The notes under the pieces were generated by a model. The model was not told where the DNA came from and made no database searches. It saw nothing but the letters and a program-made list of their open reading frames with translations. A stretch of DNA of 58,820 bases from Parcubacteria group bacterium GW2011_GWB1_40_14. GTDB lineage: Bacteria; Patescibacteriota; Minisyncoccia; Terrybacterales; GWB1-40-14. Of the stretch, positions 36,475 to 44,783 are shown piece by piece. A program made the position numbers and the translations under genes. The stretch's first letter is position 1; each line of letters begins with the position of its first letter. The stretch spans positions 1 to 58,820 of the forward strand of contig LBYG01000002.1 in assembly GCA_000996085.1 (NCBI GenBank). Direction: 5' to 3'.

Positions 36475-37008
36475 GGCGTCTTGGAGGCACAGTGCATTCT
36501 GTGAGACAGTCCGAAAACGGTCTTTCGGTGTCTCATTTGTCTCATTTTGATTCAAAAAGTTACACGTCAATGTATCGTTTTGGTGTAACGTTTGTAACTT
36601 TTTGTACCAAAAGGAAGCGCAAGAATGGAACACGGAACACCCTTTTATAGTGTTCCGTTTGTTCCATTTTCGGTTTTCGACCCAGACCGAGAGGCCTCAG
36701 TTCTTCGCGGGAAAATCATCCGTAAAATCGCCTTATAATGTTTAGTAACTATAGGTTCTAGACCGTGTAGGGGCATAACGCTGAGTGCGGTTCAAGACCA
36801 TGTAGGGACACAAAAAATTTCGTATTTGAGGCGATTTATTTTATAAAAGAGTCGCTTTGCGGATACAGGTTCTTTACAAGTTTTTTGGGAGCTCTTGACG
36901 TAGTTTATCCTTAGTGCTTATATATTTATGGCACGCTTTACCCAATTTTCATAATCTATGTGGTGTCAAAAACCTTGACATCAAATATGATACGTGCTAT
37001 AAAAAATT

Positions 37009-38073
37009 GTGGAACAAAATTATCAAAAAACAGTCAATTCACTTTTAAAAACTCTTCCTGACAGGGGCAAGGAAGTATTGGAAAGACGTTACGGTATTGT
37101 TAGTGGCGAGGCCGAAACTCTCGAAGCCATAGGAGAGGATTTTGGCGTTACCCGCGAAAGAGTAAGACAAATTGAAGAGGCGGCTTTCGGACAATTACGA
37201 AAGAGCGACAGCATAAAAGATATAGAGGATATTTTTAAATATTTATACAAACATTTGTCCGATCACGGTGAACATCGCAGAGAAGAGCGGTTTTTATCTG
37301 ATTTTGCGTATCAGAAGAGTTCTCCGGCCATGTTATTTTTATTGGATCTTTCAAGTTATTTTAGTCGTCGTAATGAAACAAAAAAACACCACACTTTTTG
37401 GACGGTTAATACTGATAGAATAAACCATTTGGAAAAGTTTGTTGATACTGTTGAGGATTATTTAGCAGACATTTCAAAACCTTTGGATAGTGTTACCTTC
37501 TGGAAAGAAATGGAACGTTTAGCCCGAAGAGAAAAGTTATCTCTTTCAAAGAAAGCTTTAGAATCTTGGCTGGATATTTCAAAAGCAATAATTCATAATC
37601 GTTTTAATGAATGGGGTTTAGCAGAGTGGCCGGAAATTGTTCCGCGCAGTGTTGGCGATAAAGCTTATATTGTCTTGCAGAAAGAAACTAAACCATTGCA
37701 TTTTGTTGATATAGTTGAGAGAATGAATAAAGTACACTTTATTCCGGGTGAGAATTTATCAAAGAATTACCAAAGAGCAACCCGCCCAGCGCATGTACAA
37801 ACCGTACATAATGAACTCATAAAAGATAAAAGGTTTGTATTGGTGGGACGGGGTATATATGCACTTGCCGAATGGGGTTATGAACCAGGAACAGTAAAAG
37901 AAGTTTTGTCTAAAATTTTGAAAGATGCCGGTTCGCCCTTGCCTATAAATAAAATCATGGCACAGGTTGCTAAAGTAAGAGTTGTAAAGCCAAATACCAT
38001 TTTGCTTAATTTGCAGAATAAAAGATTGTTTACTAGAACTTCTCGCGGTGAATATACCGTAAGGAGAGCATAA
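37009..38073 (+). CDS. Sigma70 region-4 HTH protein with C-terminal winged-HTH (HARE-HTH/delta-like) domains; not a full sigma factor
   Basis: TLEAIGEDFGVTRERVRQIE at the N-terminus; QTVHNELIKDKRFVLVGRGIYAL.EWG; no region 2. Confidence 0.8.
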   Translation: MEQNYQKTVNSLLKTLPDRGKEVLERRYGIVSGEAETLEAIGEDFGVTRERVRQIEEAAFGQLRKSDSIKDIEDIFKYLYKHLSDHGEHRREERFLSDFAYQKSSPAMLFLLDLSSYFSRRNETKKHHTFWTVNTDRINHLEKFVDTVEDYLADISKPLDSVTFWKEMERLARREKLSLSKKALESWLDISKAIIHNRFNEWGLAEWPEIVPRSVGDKAYIVLQKETKPLHFVDIVERMNKVHFIPGENLSKNYQRATRPAHVQTVHNELIKDKRFVLVGRGIYALAEWGYEPGTVKEVLSKILKDAGSPLPINKIMAQVAKVRVVKPNTILLNLQNKRLFTRTSRGEYTVRRA

Positions 38074-38255
38074 ATTACTTTAAAAACACTGATGGTTTTC
38101 AGATAGCCTGTCCCATTTATTTTTGGGAACAGGAACACTGATTCTTTTGGACGCTTGGCGTTCAAACGGAAAAGCATAATCCTTTCCGCAATAGGCGGAT
38201 CCCGTTATCATTTATTTTATATAATTGAAGCGGGAAAACCATAGAAGCACACGAA

Positions 38256-39542
38256 ATGGAGATATTAAAATATTTTTTTCCAGTAGATACGTTTAGAGAT
38301 GTACTCAGTGTTTTCCAATCTTTTTATGGAGACTGGTGGTGGATTGTTACGCCCCCGGTTCTTTTTTTTGTTTTACGAGATCTTTGGCTTTTATACCTTC
38401 GCTGGAAAAAGTTTTTATCAACCGAACATATTTTGCTTGAAATTAGAATACCCAAAGTAGTTGATCGCACGCCCAAGGCAATGGAGCAGGTTTTTTCAGG
38501 TTTGCATGCTTTATTTGACCAACCCAGGTTTATTGAGAAATATTTTCAGGGTAAATATCAGCAGTGGGCTTCGGTTGAAATGGTTAGTATTGAGGGCGCT
38601 ACTCATTTTTATATTCATGTTCCGCGCGCACATAAAAATTTAGTTCAATCTCACGTTTGGGCACAATATCCCGAAGCCGAAATAAGCGAAGCGGAGGATT
38701 ACGTGAAAAAAGTTCCTATGGATATTCCGAACAAAAATTGGGATGTATGGGGAGCAGAATTAATTTTAAATAAACCGGATGCTTATCCTATACGTACTTA
38801 TCCCGCGTTTGAAGAAATTGTCGAAGAGAAACGTTTGGATCCGTTAGCGGCACTTCTTGAACTTTTTGGCTCTTTAGGGCCAGGTGAACAAATGTGGTTT
38901 CAGTGGTTGATCGAGCCGACTTTAACGCAGTGGCATGATGCCGGAAAAGAGTTGGTGGATGATCTGATAAGCCGCAGAAAAGATAAAAAACAAGACGGTT
39001 TGAGTAAATTTTTATCCGAAACCGTCGGAGGTTTTAGTACGGTTTTTAGTCCTACTACCGCAGCGATACAGGTTAAAAAAGAAAAACCTCAAGACCCCCC
39101 CTCACTGATGATGCACATGACTCCGGGTGAGAGAGAATCGATCGCGGCCATTGAAATGAAATTGGGCAAAATAGGATTTTTGACCGGAGCGCGCGTTGTT
39201 TACGTGGGTCGCAGAGAAACTTTTAATAAATCAAATATTGCCGCTTTCTTTGGAGCGATACGGCAATTTAATACACAAAATTTGAATAGTTTGCGTCCAA
39301 ATATTTCAGTAATGCCCAAAACGCTTTATATTATGGGCAAACAGCGCAATTATTTCCGTAAGCGCAGACTTATGCGTTTATATAGATTAAGATTTTTTGT
39401 AAAAAAGAAATTTATTTTTAATACAGAAGAATTAGCCACGGTGTATCATTTCCCGGGTTCTATGGTAGCAATGGCGCCTATGGTTTCACGTATTGACGCA
39501 AAGAAAGGTGAGCCTCCGTCAACTCTACCTATAACAGGATAG
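38256..39542 (+). CDS. Conserved membrane hypothetical protein upstream of the VirD4/TraG-like ATPase
   Basis: N-terminal TM; LLEIRIP, AQYPEAEI, NTEELATVYHFP. Confidence 0.7.
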   Translation: MEILKYFFPVDTFRDVLSVFQSFYGDWWWIVTPPVLFFVLRDLWLLYLRWKKFLSTEHILLEIRIPKVVDRTPKAMEQVFSGLHALFDQPRFIEKYFQGKYQQWASVEMVSIEGATHFYIHVPRAHKNLVQSHVWAQYPEAEISEAEDYVKKVPMDIPNKNWDVWGAELILNKPDAYPIRTYPAFEEIVEEKRLDPLAALLELFGSLGPGEQMWFQWLIEPTLTQWHDAGKELVDDLISRRKDKKQDGLSKFLSETVGGFSTVFSPTTAAIQVKKEKPQDPPSLMMHMTPGERESIAAIEMKLGKIGFLTGARVVYVGRRETFNKSNIAAFFGAIRQFNTQNLNSLRPNISVMPKTLYIMGKQRNYFRKRRLMRLYRLRFFVKKKFIFNTEELATVYHFPGSMVAMAPMVSRIDAKKGEPPSTLPITG

Positions 39543-39576
39543 AAATAATAATTTTAATCAGGTCCTTTAAATTATC

Positions 39577-41427
39577 ATGAGCGAAATCGTACCTTTTGCG
39601 GAAACAGATTTTCGCAATCAAAAAATTAAATTCGGTATTAAAGCAGATGATCGTCGCAGACATATGTATGTCATCGGGAAAACCGGTATGGGTAAAACAA
39701 CCATGCTTGAAAACATGGTCATTTCGGATATGCAGTCAGGTAAAGGGGTTGCGGTTGTTGATCCTCACGGTGAATTTGCTGAAAAAATGATCGATTTTGT
39801 GCCGCGTGAACGTATAGATGATGTTATATATTTTGATCCGGGCGATCAGGATTTTCCAATTGCTTTCAATGCCATAGAACACGTTGAACCGAAATATCGT
39901 CATCTTATTGCCGATGGTTTAGTCGGGGTCTTTCAAAAATTATGGGCGGAAACCTGGGGACCGCGTCTGGAATATGTTTTGCGAAATGCCATTTTAGCGC
40001 TTATGGAATATCCGGATTCCACTCTGCTTGGAATTATGCGTATTCTTGTTGATAAAGAATATAGAAAAGTGGTTGTGGCCAGCATTAAAGACCCGGTTGT
40101 CAGATCTTTCTGGGTAGATGAATATTCCCGTTATCCGGATAAATTCCAGGCAGAAGCTATTGCTCCTATACAAAATAAAGTTGGACAGTTTTTAACCAGC
40201 CCCTTGATTCGTAATATAGTTGGCCAGGCAAAAACCGCAATTAATTTGCGTGACGTAATGGATAACCAGAAAATTCTTATTTTGAACTTATCCAAAGGTA
40301 AGGTTGGTGAGGCTTCAAGCCGTCTTTTGGGCGCGATGATGATAACCAAACTACAGCTTGCGGCTATGTCGCGTATAGATACACCGGAAAATGAAAGAAA
40401 GGATTTTTATCTTTATGTTGATGAGTTTCAGAATTTCGCCACGACTTCATTTATTAATATTTTGTCTGAAGCCAGAAAATATAGGTTAAATCTTATTTTG
40501 GCCCATCAATATATCGAGCAATTGGATGAAACGGTTAGCGCCGCAGTCTTTGGCAATATTGGAACATTGGCTGTTTTTCGCGTTGGAGCCGCCGATGCTG
40601 AAGTGTTGGAACCTGAATTTATGCCCGGATTTACAAAAGAGGATTTGGTTAATTTGGGCAAATATCGTATCTATCTTAAATTAATGATAGATGGTTTGGC
40701 GTCTAAACCATTTTCAGCCATTACTTTAAATCCAATGCCAAAGCCGTCTGAGAGTTATCGCGAGGAAATAATCCGTAAAACGCGGGAACGTTATGGTACG
40801 CCACGCGAAGAAGTGGAAGCCGGCATAATTGAATGGGCCGGACATATTCCGGGCATAAGCGCACAAACTTCTGTTGAAAGCGATCGAGCTGAAAAAACAC
40901 CTGAAAGTTCTCAAGATGCCGAAACAAAGACAAGAAAACTTTTCAGCGGTCCGATTAAAGAAGATGAGAATAAGATAGTTGCTAATTGTTGGGTTTGTGG
41001 CATAGAAACCCAAGTTCCTTTTGAGCCTGACGGAGTACGTCCGATTTATTGTAAAAATTGTCTTGCGGATATTCGATCGGGCAAAAGAGAACCTATTAAG
41101 GTTAAGGCCAAAATCTCTGACCGTTCAACGGAGCAAGTTTTATCCGGGCAAATAACAAAAAACAGAGGAAAGAAATTTATTGGATCTCCCGGCGCGGGAA
41201 GAGTATCTCCGGCACCTCCTCCTTTGCCCAAGAAGATAGGTGAAATTGTTGCCAGACCTTTGGGTAAACCCGTTTCTTTATCGGTATTAAATAGTTCTAA
41301 AAACTCCCCACAAAGCACTATTCAAGAAGAAAAAAAAGAACGTAAGGCTCCGGATATTGTAGGATTGCGCGAGATATTGGAAAGCGCGATGAAACAGGAA
41401 GACGGTAACAATAATTCTAAAGAATAA
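39577..41427 (+). CDS. VirD4/TraG/HerA-like ATPase with a C-terminal CxxC-x17-CxxC domain
   Basis: RRRHMYVIGKTGMGKT (Walker A), LYVDEFQ (Walker B), SEARKY, AHQY; CWVC-x17-CKNC. Confidence 0.85.
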   Translation: MSEIVPFAETDFRNQKIKFGIKADDRRRHMYVIGKTGMGKTTMLENMVISDMQSGKGVAVVDPHGEFAEKMIDFVPRERIDDVIYFDPGDQDFPIAFNAIEHVEPKYRHLIADGLVGVFQKLWAETWGPRLEYVLRNAILALMEYPDSTLLGIMRILVDKEYRKVVVASIKDPVVRSFWVDEYSRYPDKFQAEAIAPIQNKVGQFLTSPLIRNIVGQAKTAINLRDVMDNQKILILNLSKGKVGEASSRLLGAMMITKLQLAAMSRIDTPENERKDFYLYVDEFQNFATTSFINILSEARKYRLNLILAHQYIEQLDETVSAAVFGNIGTLAVFRVGAADAEVLEPEFMPGFTKEDLVNLGKYRIYLKLMIDGLASKPFSAITLNPMPKPSESYREEIIRKTRERYGTPREEVEAGIIEWAGHIPGISAQTSVESDRAEKTPESSQDAETKTRKLFSGPIKEDENKIVANCWVCGIETQVPFEPDGVRPIYCKNCLADIRSGKREPIKVKAKISDRSTEQVLSGQITKNRGKKFIGSPGAGRVSPAPPPLPKKIGEIVARPLGKPVSLSVLNSSKNSPQSTIQEEKKERKAPDIVGLREILESAMKQEDGNNNSKE

Positions 41428-41437
41428 AAAAGAAAAT

Positions 41438-41466
41438 AAAACCGCCCGCAATATACGGGCGGTTTT
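41438..41466 (+). terminator. Intrinsic terminator
   Basis: AAAACCGCCCG...CGGGCGGTTTT. Confidence 0.7.
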
Positions 41467-41563
41467 GTTGTATGAGCCAATTATTTATGGTTTGCCAAAT
41501 GAATAAACTTGTGTTATGGTTTTGATAAAATCCTTGAACTTTGACAAGAGCGGAGCGCAAAAA

Positions 41564-42847
41564 ATGTCTGTTAAATCAGATGATTCAATAAGCGTTTCTT
41601 TTGTAACCCGTTTACGTAATCGGATAGCCGGAACAGATTTCTTTTATTTGGCAGGTCCAATCGAATCTAAAAAAGCCAAACAGCAAAGCGGTGAATGGCG
41701 TGAGCAATACGCATCAGATCTTGAAGAGCTTGGCAACGAAGTCGGTTTTAAGTTAAGAACGTTTGATCCGTCAAAGGAAGAACCAGATTTACTGGGTTAT
41801 TCTTTTGAAGGTTGGGGTAATCTCAAAACTGCTTTGCGTATTAAGAAAGATTTCAAAACCTTCCGAAGAATGATGAGCGCGGTAATACATTTGGATCTAA
41901 AAAAAGTAACAAGAAGCCGCATGCTCATCATAAGATGGAAAAATGAGATCCCGGCGGTTGGAACCATGCATGAACTATTGTATGCGCGAGATCTGGGCAT
42001 ACCAACGGTTATTATTTTTGAAGATAAACGCGAGGAAATGAATCCTTGGTTAGATTGTCTTACCGCAGAGTTGAATATAAATATTTTTTACTCTTGGCCT
42101 GAATTTCTTGCAGACCTGCACGATAAATATAATCATATGTTGGCCCCCCGGCCGTTTTCCAATTTTAGCGGAAAAAGGTCTTCAAGGGTTTATGATTCTA
42201 AGTTTCCTGAAGAGTCGGCCAAAAGACGCATTATTTTTTTGATCGGGCCTCCTCTTTACGGCAAGACCACGCAGGCTGAAGAATTGGCTAAGCTTTTGAA
42301 CTTGCGTCATATCGAAACCAGCCAGCTTATACGCGAAGCGATAAGTATGGTTCCGGATAATATGCCCGAAGGTATTGATAGAGGGATCAATCTTTACGGC
42401 CATTATTATTCTCTTGTTGAAGAGAAGCGAAAATACGACGCTAAAGAATTAAACGACAGCAATTTCGTTTTTGGACTTATTACGCATGCTTTGGAAGAAG
42501 CGCGCGCAGCCAACGATGGGGTTGTTTTTAGCGGTTCTCCACGCAAGATACAGGAAGCCGATAAGCTTATTCCTATTTTAAGAGAAATGTTTCCCGACGC
42601 TCTTTTTAGTGCGTTTGAGCTTACTAACTTACCCAAGAAGGTTTTGCTTCAAAGGGCGGCTGCCCGCCAAAGAGCTTTGGGTTTTGATACCCCCGAAGCA
42701 ATTGCGCACCGTATGGAAATTTTTGAAGAGCAAACGCGCCCTGTCATTAAGCACGTTGAAAATCAGCACGGGATATCTGTGAAGAAAATAAAAGCTAATC
42801 AGTCGATAGCTCACGTTACACGACTGATATTACAAGAAATAGAATAA
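41564..42847 (+). CDS. Fusion of a nucleoside 2-deoxyribosyltransferase-like domain and an adenylate/NMP kinase domain
   Basis: N-half FYLAGPI...WRE...FDPS...DLKKV...GTMHELLYARDLGIP; C-half GPPLYGKTTQA...HIETSQLIRE...SGSPRK...QTRPVI. Confidence 0.7.
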   Translation: MSVKSDDSISVSFVTRLRNRIAGTDFFYLAGPIESKKAKQQSGEWREQYASDLEELGNEVGFKLRTFDPSKEEPDLLGYSFEGWGNLKTALRIKKDFKTFRRMMSAVIHLDLKKVTRSRMLIIRWKNEIPAVGTMHELLYARDLGIPTVIIFEDKREEMNPWLDCLTAELNINIFYSWPEFLADLHDKYNHMLAPRPFSNFSGKRSSRVYDSKFPEESAKRRIIFLIGPPLYGKTTQAEELAKLLNLRHIETSQLIREAISMVPDNMPEGIDRGINLYGHYYSLVEEKRKYDAKELNDSNFVFGLITHALEEARAANDGVVFSGSPRKIQEADKLIPILREMFPDALFSAFELTNLPKKVLLQRAAARQRALGFDTPEAIAHRMEIFEEQTRPVIKHVENQHGISVKKIKANQSIAHVTRLILQEIE

Positions 42848-42849
42848 CC

Positions 42850-42872
42850 AAACTCCACAAAAGTGGAGTTTT
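42850..42872 (+). terminator. Intrinsic terminator
   Basis: AAACTCCAC-AAAA-GTGGAGTTTT. Confidence 0.65.
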
Positions 42873-42915
42873 ATTTTTATTGCTAAAAAGCTTAAATTAT
42901 TGTAAAATATAGTTT

Positions 42916-44040
42916 ATGGGAAAATATGCAGATAAAAAAGTTTATACTGAGCAGGGTCGAAGTGTATTTGTGGGTTTGTCCGGAGGGGTAGACAGTTCTG
43001 TATCCGCAGCTTTGCTTAAGGAACAGGGATATCAAGTTACGGGTGTTTTTTTAAAATGTTGGTCCAGTGAATTTGCGGGCTTTTCCGCCGAAGGCGGATC
43101 CGCCTCTGGCGGAGGTGAATGGGATTGTCCGTGGGAGCGTGATCAAGCCGATGCACAAGCGGTTGCTGAAAAATTAGGGATACCGTTCCGTTCTTTAAAT
43201 TTGGAGCAGGAATATTGGCAAAATGTTTCAAAGCCAATGATCGACGGATATGCTAAGGGTTTAACCCCAAACCCCGATGTTTTATGTAATAAGGAAATAA
43301 AATTTGGTTTGTTTCTAGAATATGCCCTGGCACAAGGAGCCGATTTTATCGCAACAGGTCATTACGTTAGAAAATCTCAAAATAATGAGTTGTTAAGAGG
43401 TTCGGATCCGAACAAAGACCAGTCTTATTTTTTGTGGATGTTAACTAAAGAGCAGGTTGCGCATAGTCTTTTTCCGATAGGCGAATATAAGAAATCAGAA
43501 GTTCGTAGTTTAGCTAAAAAATTTAATTTGCCAACCGCTGAAAAACCGGATAGCCAGGGAATATGTTTTGTGGGGAATATTACAATAAGAGAATTTCTTA
43601 AACACTATATCAAAGAGAAACCAGGAGAAGTACTTACAACTCAAGGAAAAATTGTAGGTAAGCACGAAGGTGCGGCTTTTTACACTAAAGGTCAACGTAA
43701 GGGCGTGGGTGTATATGGAGCAGGTACGCCTTATTATGTTGCAAGGAAAGATATGACCACAAATACGGTTGTTGTGGTGCCGCCATCTGATATAGAGGAG
43801 CTTTATCAAAAAGAAGCAAGCATTAAAGGTATCAATTGGTTATCAGGCGATCAGCCAAAATTACCGTTTAAATGCTTATGCCGTATACGATATAGACAGG
43901 AGTTGCAGAATTGTACTGTGACTGAGATTAAAGACGGCATAGCCTATTTAAAGTTTGATAAACCTCAAAAAGCTGTAACCGAAGGACAGTCAGTTGTCTT
44001 TTATCTGGATGACCTTGTTATTGGCGGGGGAATTTTATAG
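42916..44040 (+). CDS. mnmA: tRNA 2-thiouridylase MnmA
   Basis: SGGVDSSV, TPNPDVLCNKEIKF, ATGHY, KDQSYFL, DSQGICF, GQSVVFY. Confidence 0.96.
   Translation: MGKYADKKVYTEQGRSVFVGLSGGVDSSVSAALLKEQGYQVTGVFLKCWSSEFAGFSAEGGSASGGGEWDCPWERDQADAQAVAEKLGIPFRSLNLEQEYWQNVSKPMIDGYAKGLTPNPDVLCNKEIKFGLFLEYALAQGADFIATGHYVRKSQNNELLRGSDPNKDQSYFLWMLTKEQVAHSLFPIGEYKKSEVRSLAKKFNLPTAEKPDSQGICFVGNITIREFLKHYIKEKPGEVLTTQGKIVGKHEGAAFYTKGQRKGVGVYGAGTPYYVARKDMTTNTVVVVPPSDIEELYQKEASIKGINWLSGDQPKLPFKCLCRIRYRQELQNCTVTEIKDGIAYLKFDKPQKAVTEGQSVVFYLDDLVIGGGIL
42943..42966 (+). repeat. In-frame REP-like palindrome in the mnmA 5' end (codes YTEQGRSV)
   Basis: ATACT-GAGCAGGGTCGA-AGTGT resembles ATCCT-GAGCGAAGTCGA-AGGAT; removal gives the canonical KKVFVGLSGG. 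Confidence 0.65.
43084..43113 (+). repeat. In-frame double mini-hairpin inside mnmA (codes SAEGGSASGG)
   Basis: TCCGCC-GAA-GGCGGA followed by TCCGCC-TCT-GGCGGA. Confidence 0.75.
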
Positions 44041-44078
44041 AATCAAAATAAAATCAAAGCGCTAATTAAGGAAGTCCA

Positions 44079-44729
44079 ATGGATCCTCCCGAGATTCAGC
44101 ATCTAAAAGACCGTTTCTTTGAAATAAAAAAAACATACGTAGATCCGGCATGGCTGAGCCCAAATGCGCACAGGAAACTTACGGATTATGCCGTCAGAGC
44201 TCGACAACTCAAAGCTTTTATTTTAGCTGCGCAAATATATATTTTTATCGGCGAAAAAAGAGAAATCGAAAAAATGATCTATGAGATTTTTAAGAATGAT
44301 GAATTTGCTTTGGGTTCATATTTGGTTGTGAATTATGCAGAATCTGAAAATAAGTATAAATTCGCTAAAATATTGGAGTCAGGCTATGACGAATGGTACT
44401 GGGCTGCAGCAATCTGGCATGCAATCGCGGATGAGCGAAAACTATTTTGTTTTGGTATTAGAGCGTATCTTGCAGCGATCAAATATTCTCAAGAAGAAGA
44501 ATTTAGTTTAGCAAAAGATGCTTTCGGGGAGTCTATATATGCATTTTCAAAATTAAAATTTTCTTCAGTCTTTAGTCTTGGCGAAAATCCTGAACATATC
44601 GTAAGGCGCATAATATCAGTGATGGGACAATTTCTTCCTGATGAACACGCGAACTATGTTGCTCGTTATATAGAAACAAACGAAGATAATAATGATTATT
44701 TTGGCGATGAATTCGCCGGAACTTTATAA
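44079..44729 (+). CDS. Hypothetical protein
   Basis: 216-aa ORF preceded by AAGGAAG and followed by a terminator-like hairpin. Confidence 0.65.
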   Translation: MDPPEIQHLKDRFFEIKKTYVDPAWLSPNAHRKLTDYAVRARQLKAFILAAQIYIFIGEKREIEKMIYEIFKNDEFALGSYLVVNYAESENKYKFAKILESGYDEWYWAAAIWHAIADERKLFCFGIRAYLAAIKYSQEEEFSLAKDAFGESIYAFSKLKFSSVFSLGENPEHIVRRIISVMGQFLPDEHANYVARYIETNEDNNDYFGDEFAGTL

Positions 44730-44755
44730 CCCCTGCGCTAATATGGCGCAGGGGT
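44729..44755 (+). terminator. Intrinsic terminator
   Basis: ACCCCTGCGC...GCGCAGGGGT followed by ATTTTT. Confidence 0.65.
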
Positions 44756-44783
44756 ATTTTTATTGTTATTATGCATTTTAGAT

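Larger units (their letters stand above)
29291..36815. mobile_element. Integrated element at the tRNA-Lys 3' end (serine recombinase plus two cargo genes)
   Basis: Recombinase next to the tRNA; visibly different base composition; degenerate copies of the tRNA 3' end at 36754-36815. Confidence 0.7.

Noticed and set aside
36754..36815. Possible CRISPR array or second tRNA
   Set aside because: Only two degenerate 35-bp units with no spacers, no cas genes and no cloverleaf; treated as att-like sequence
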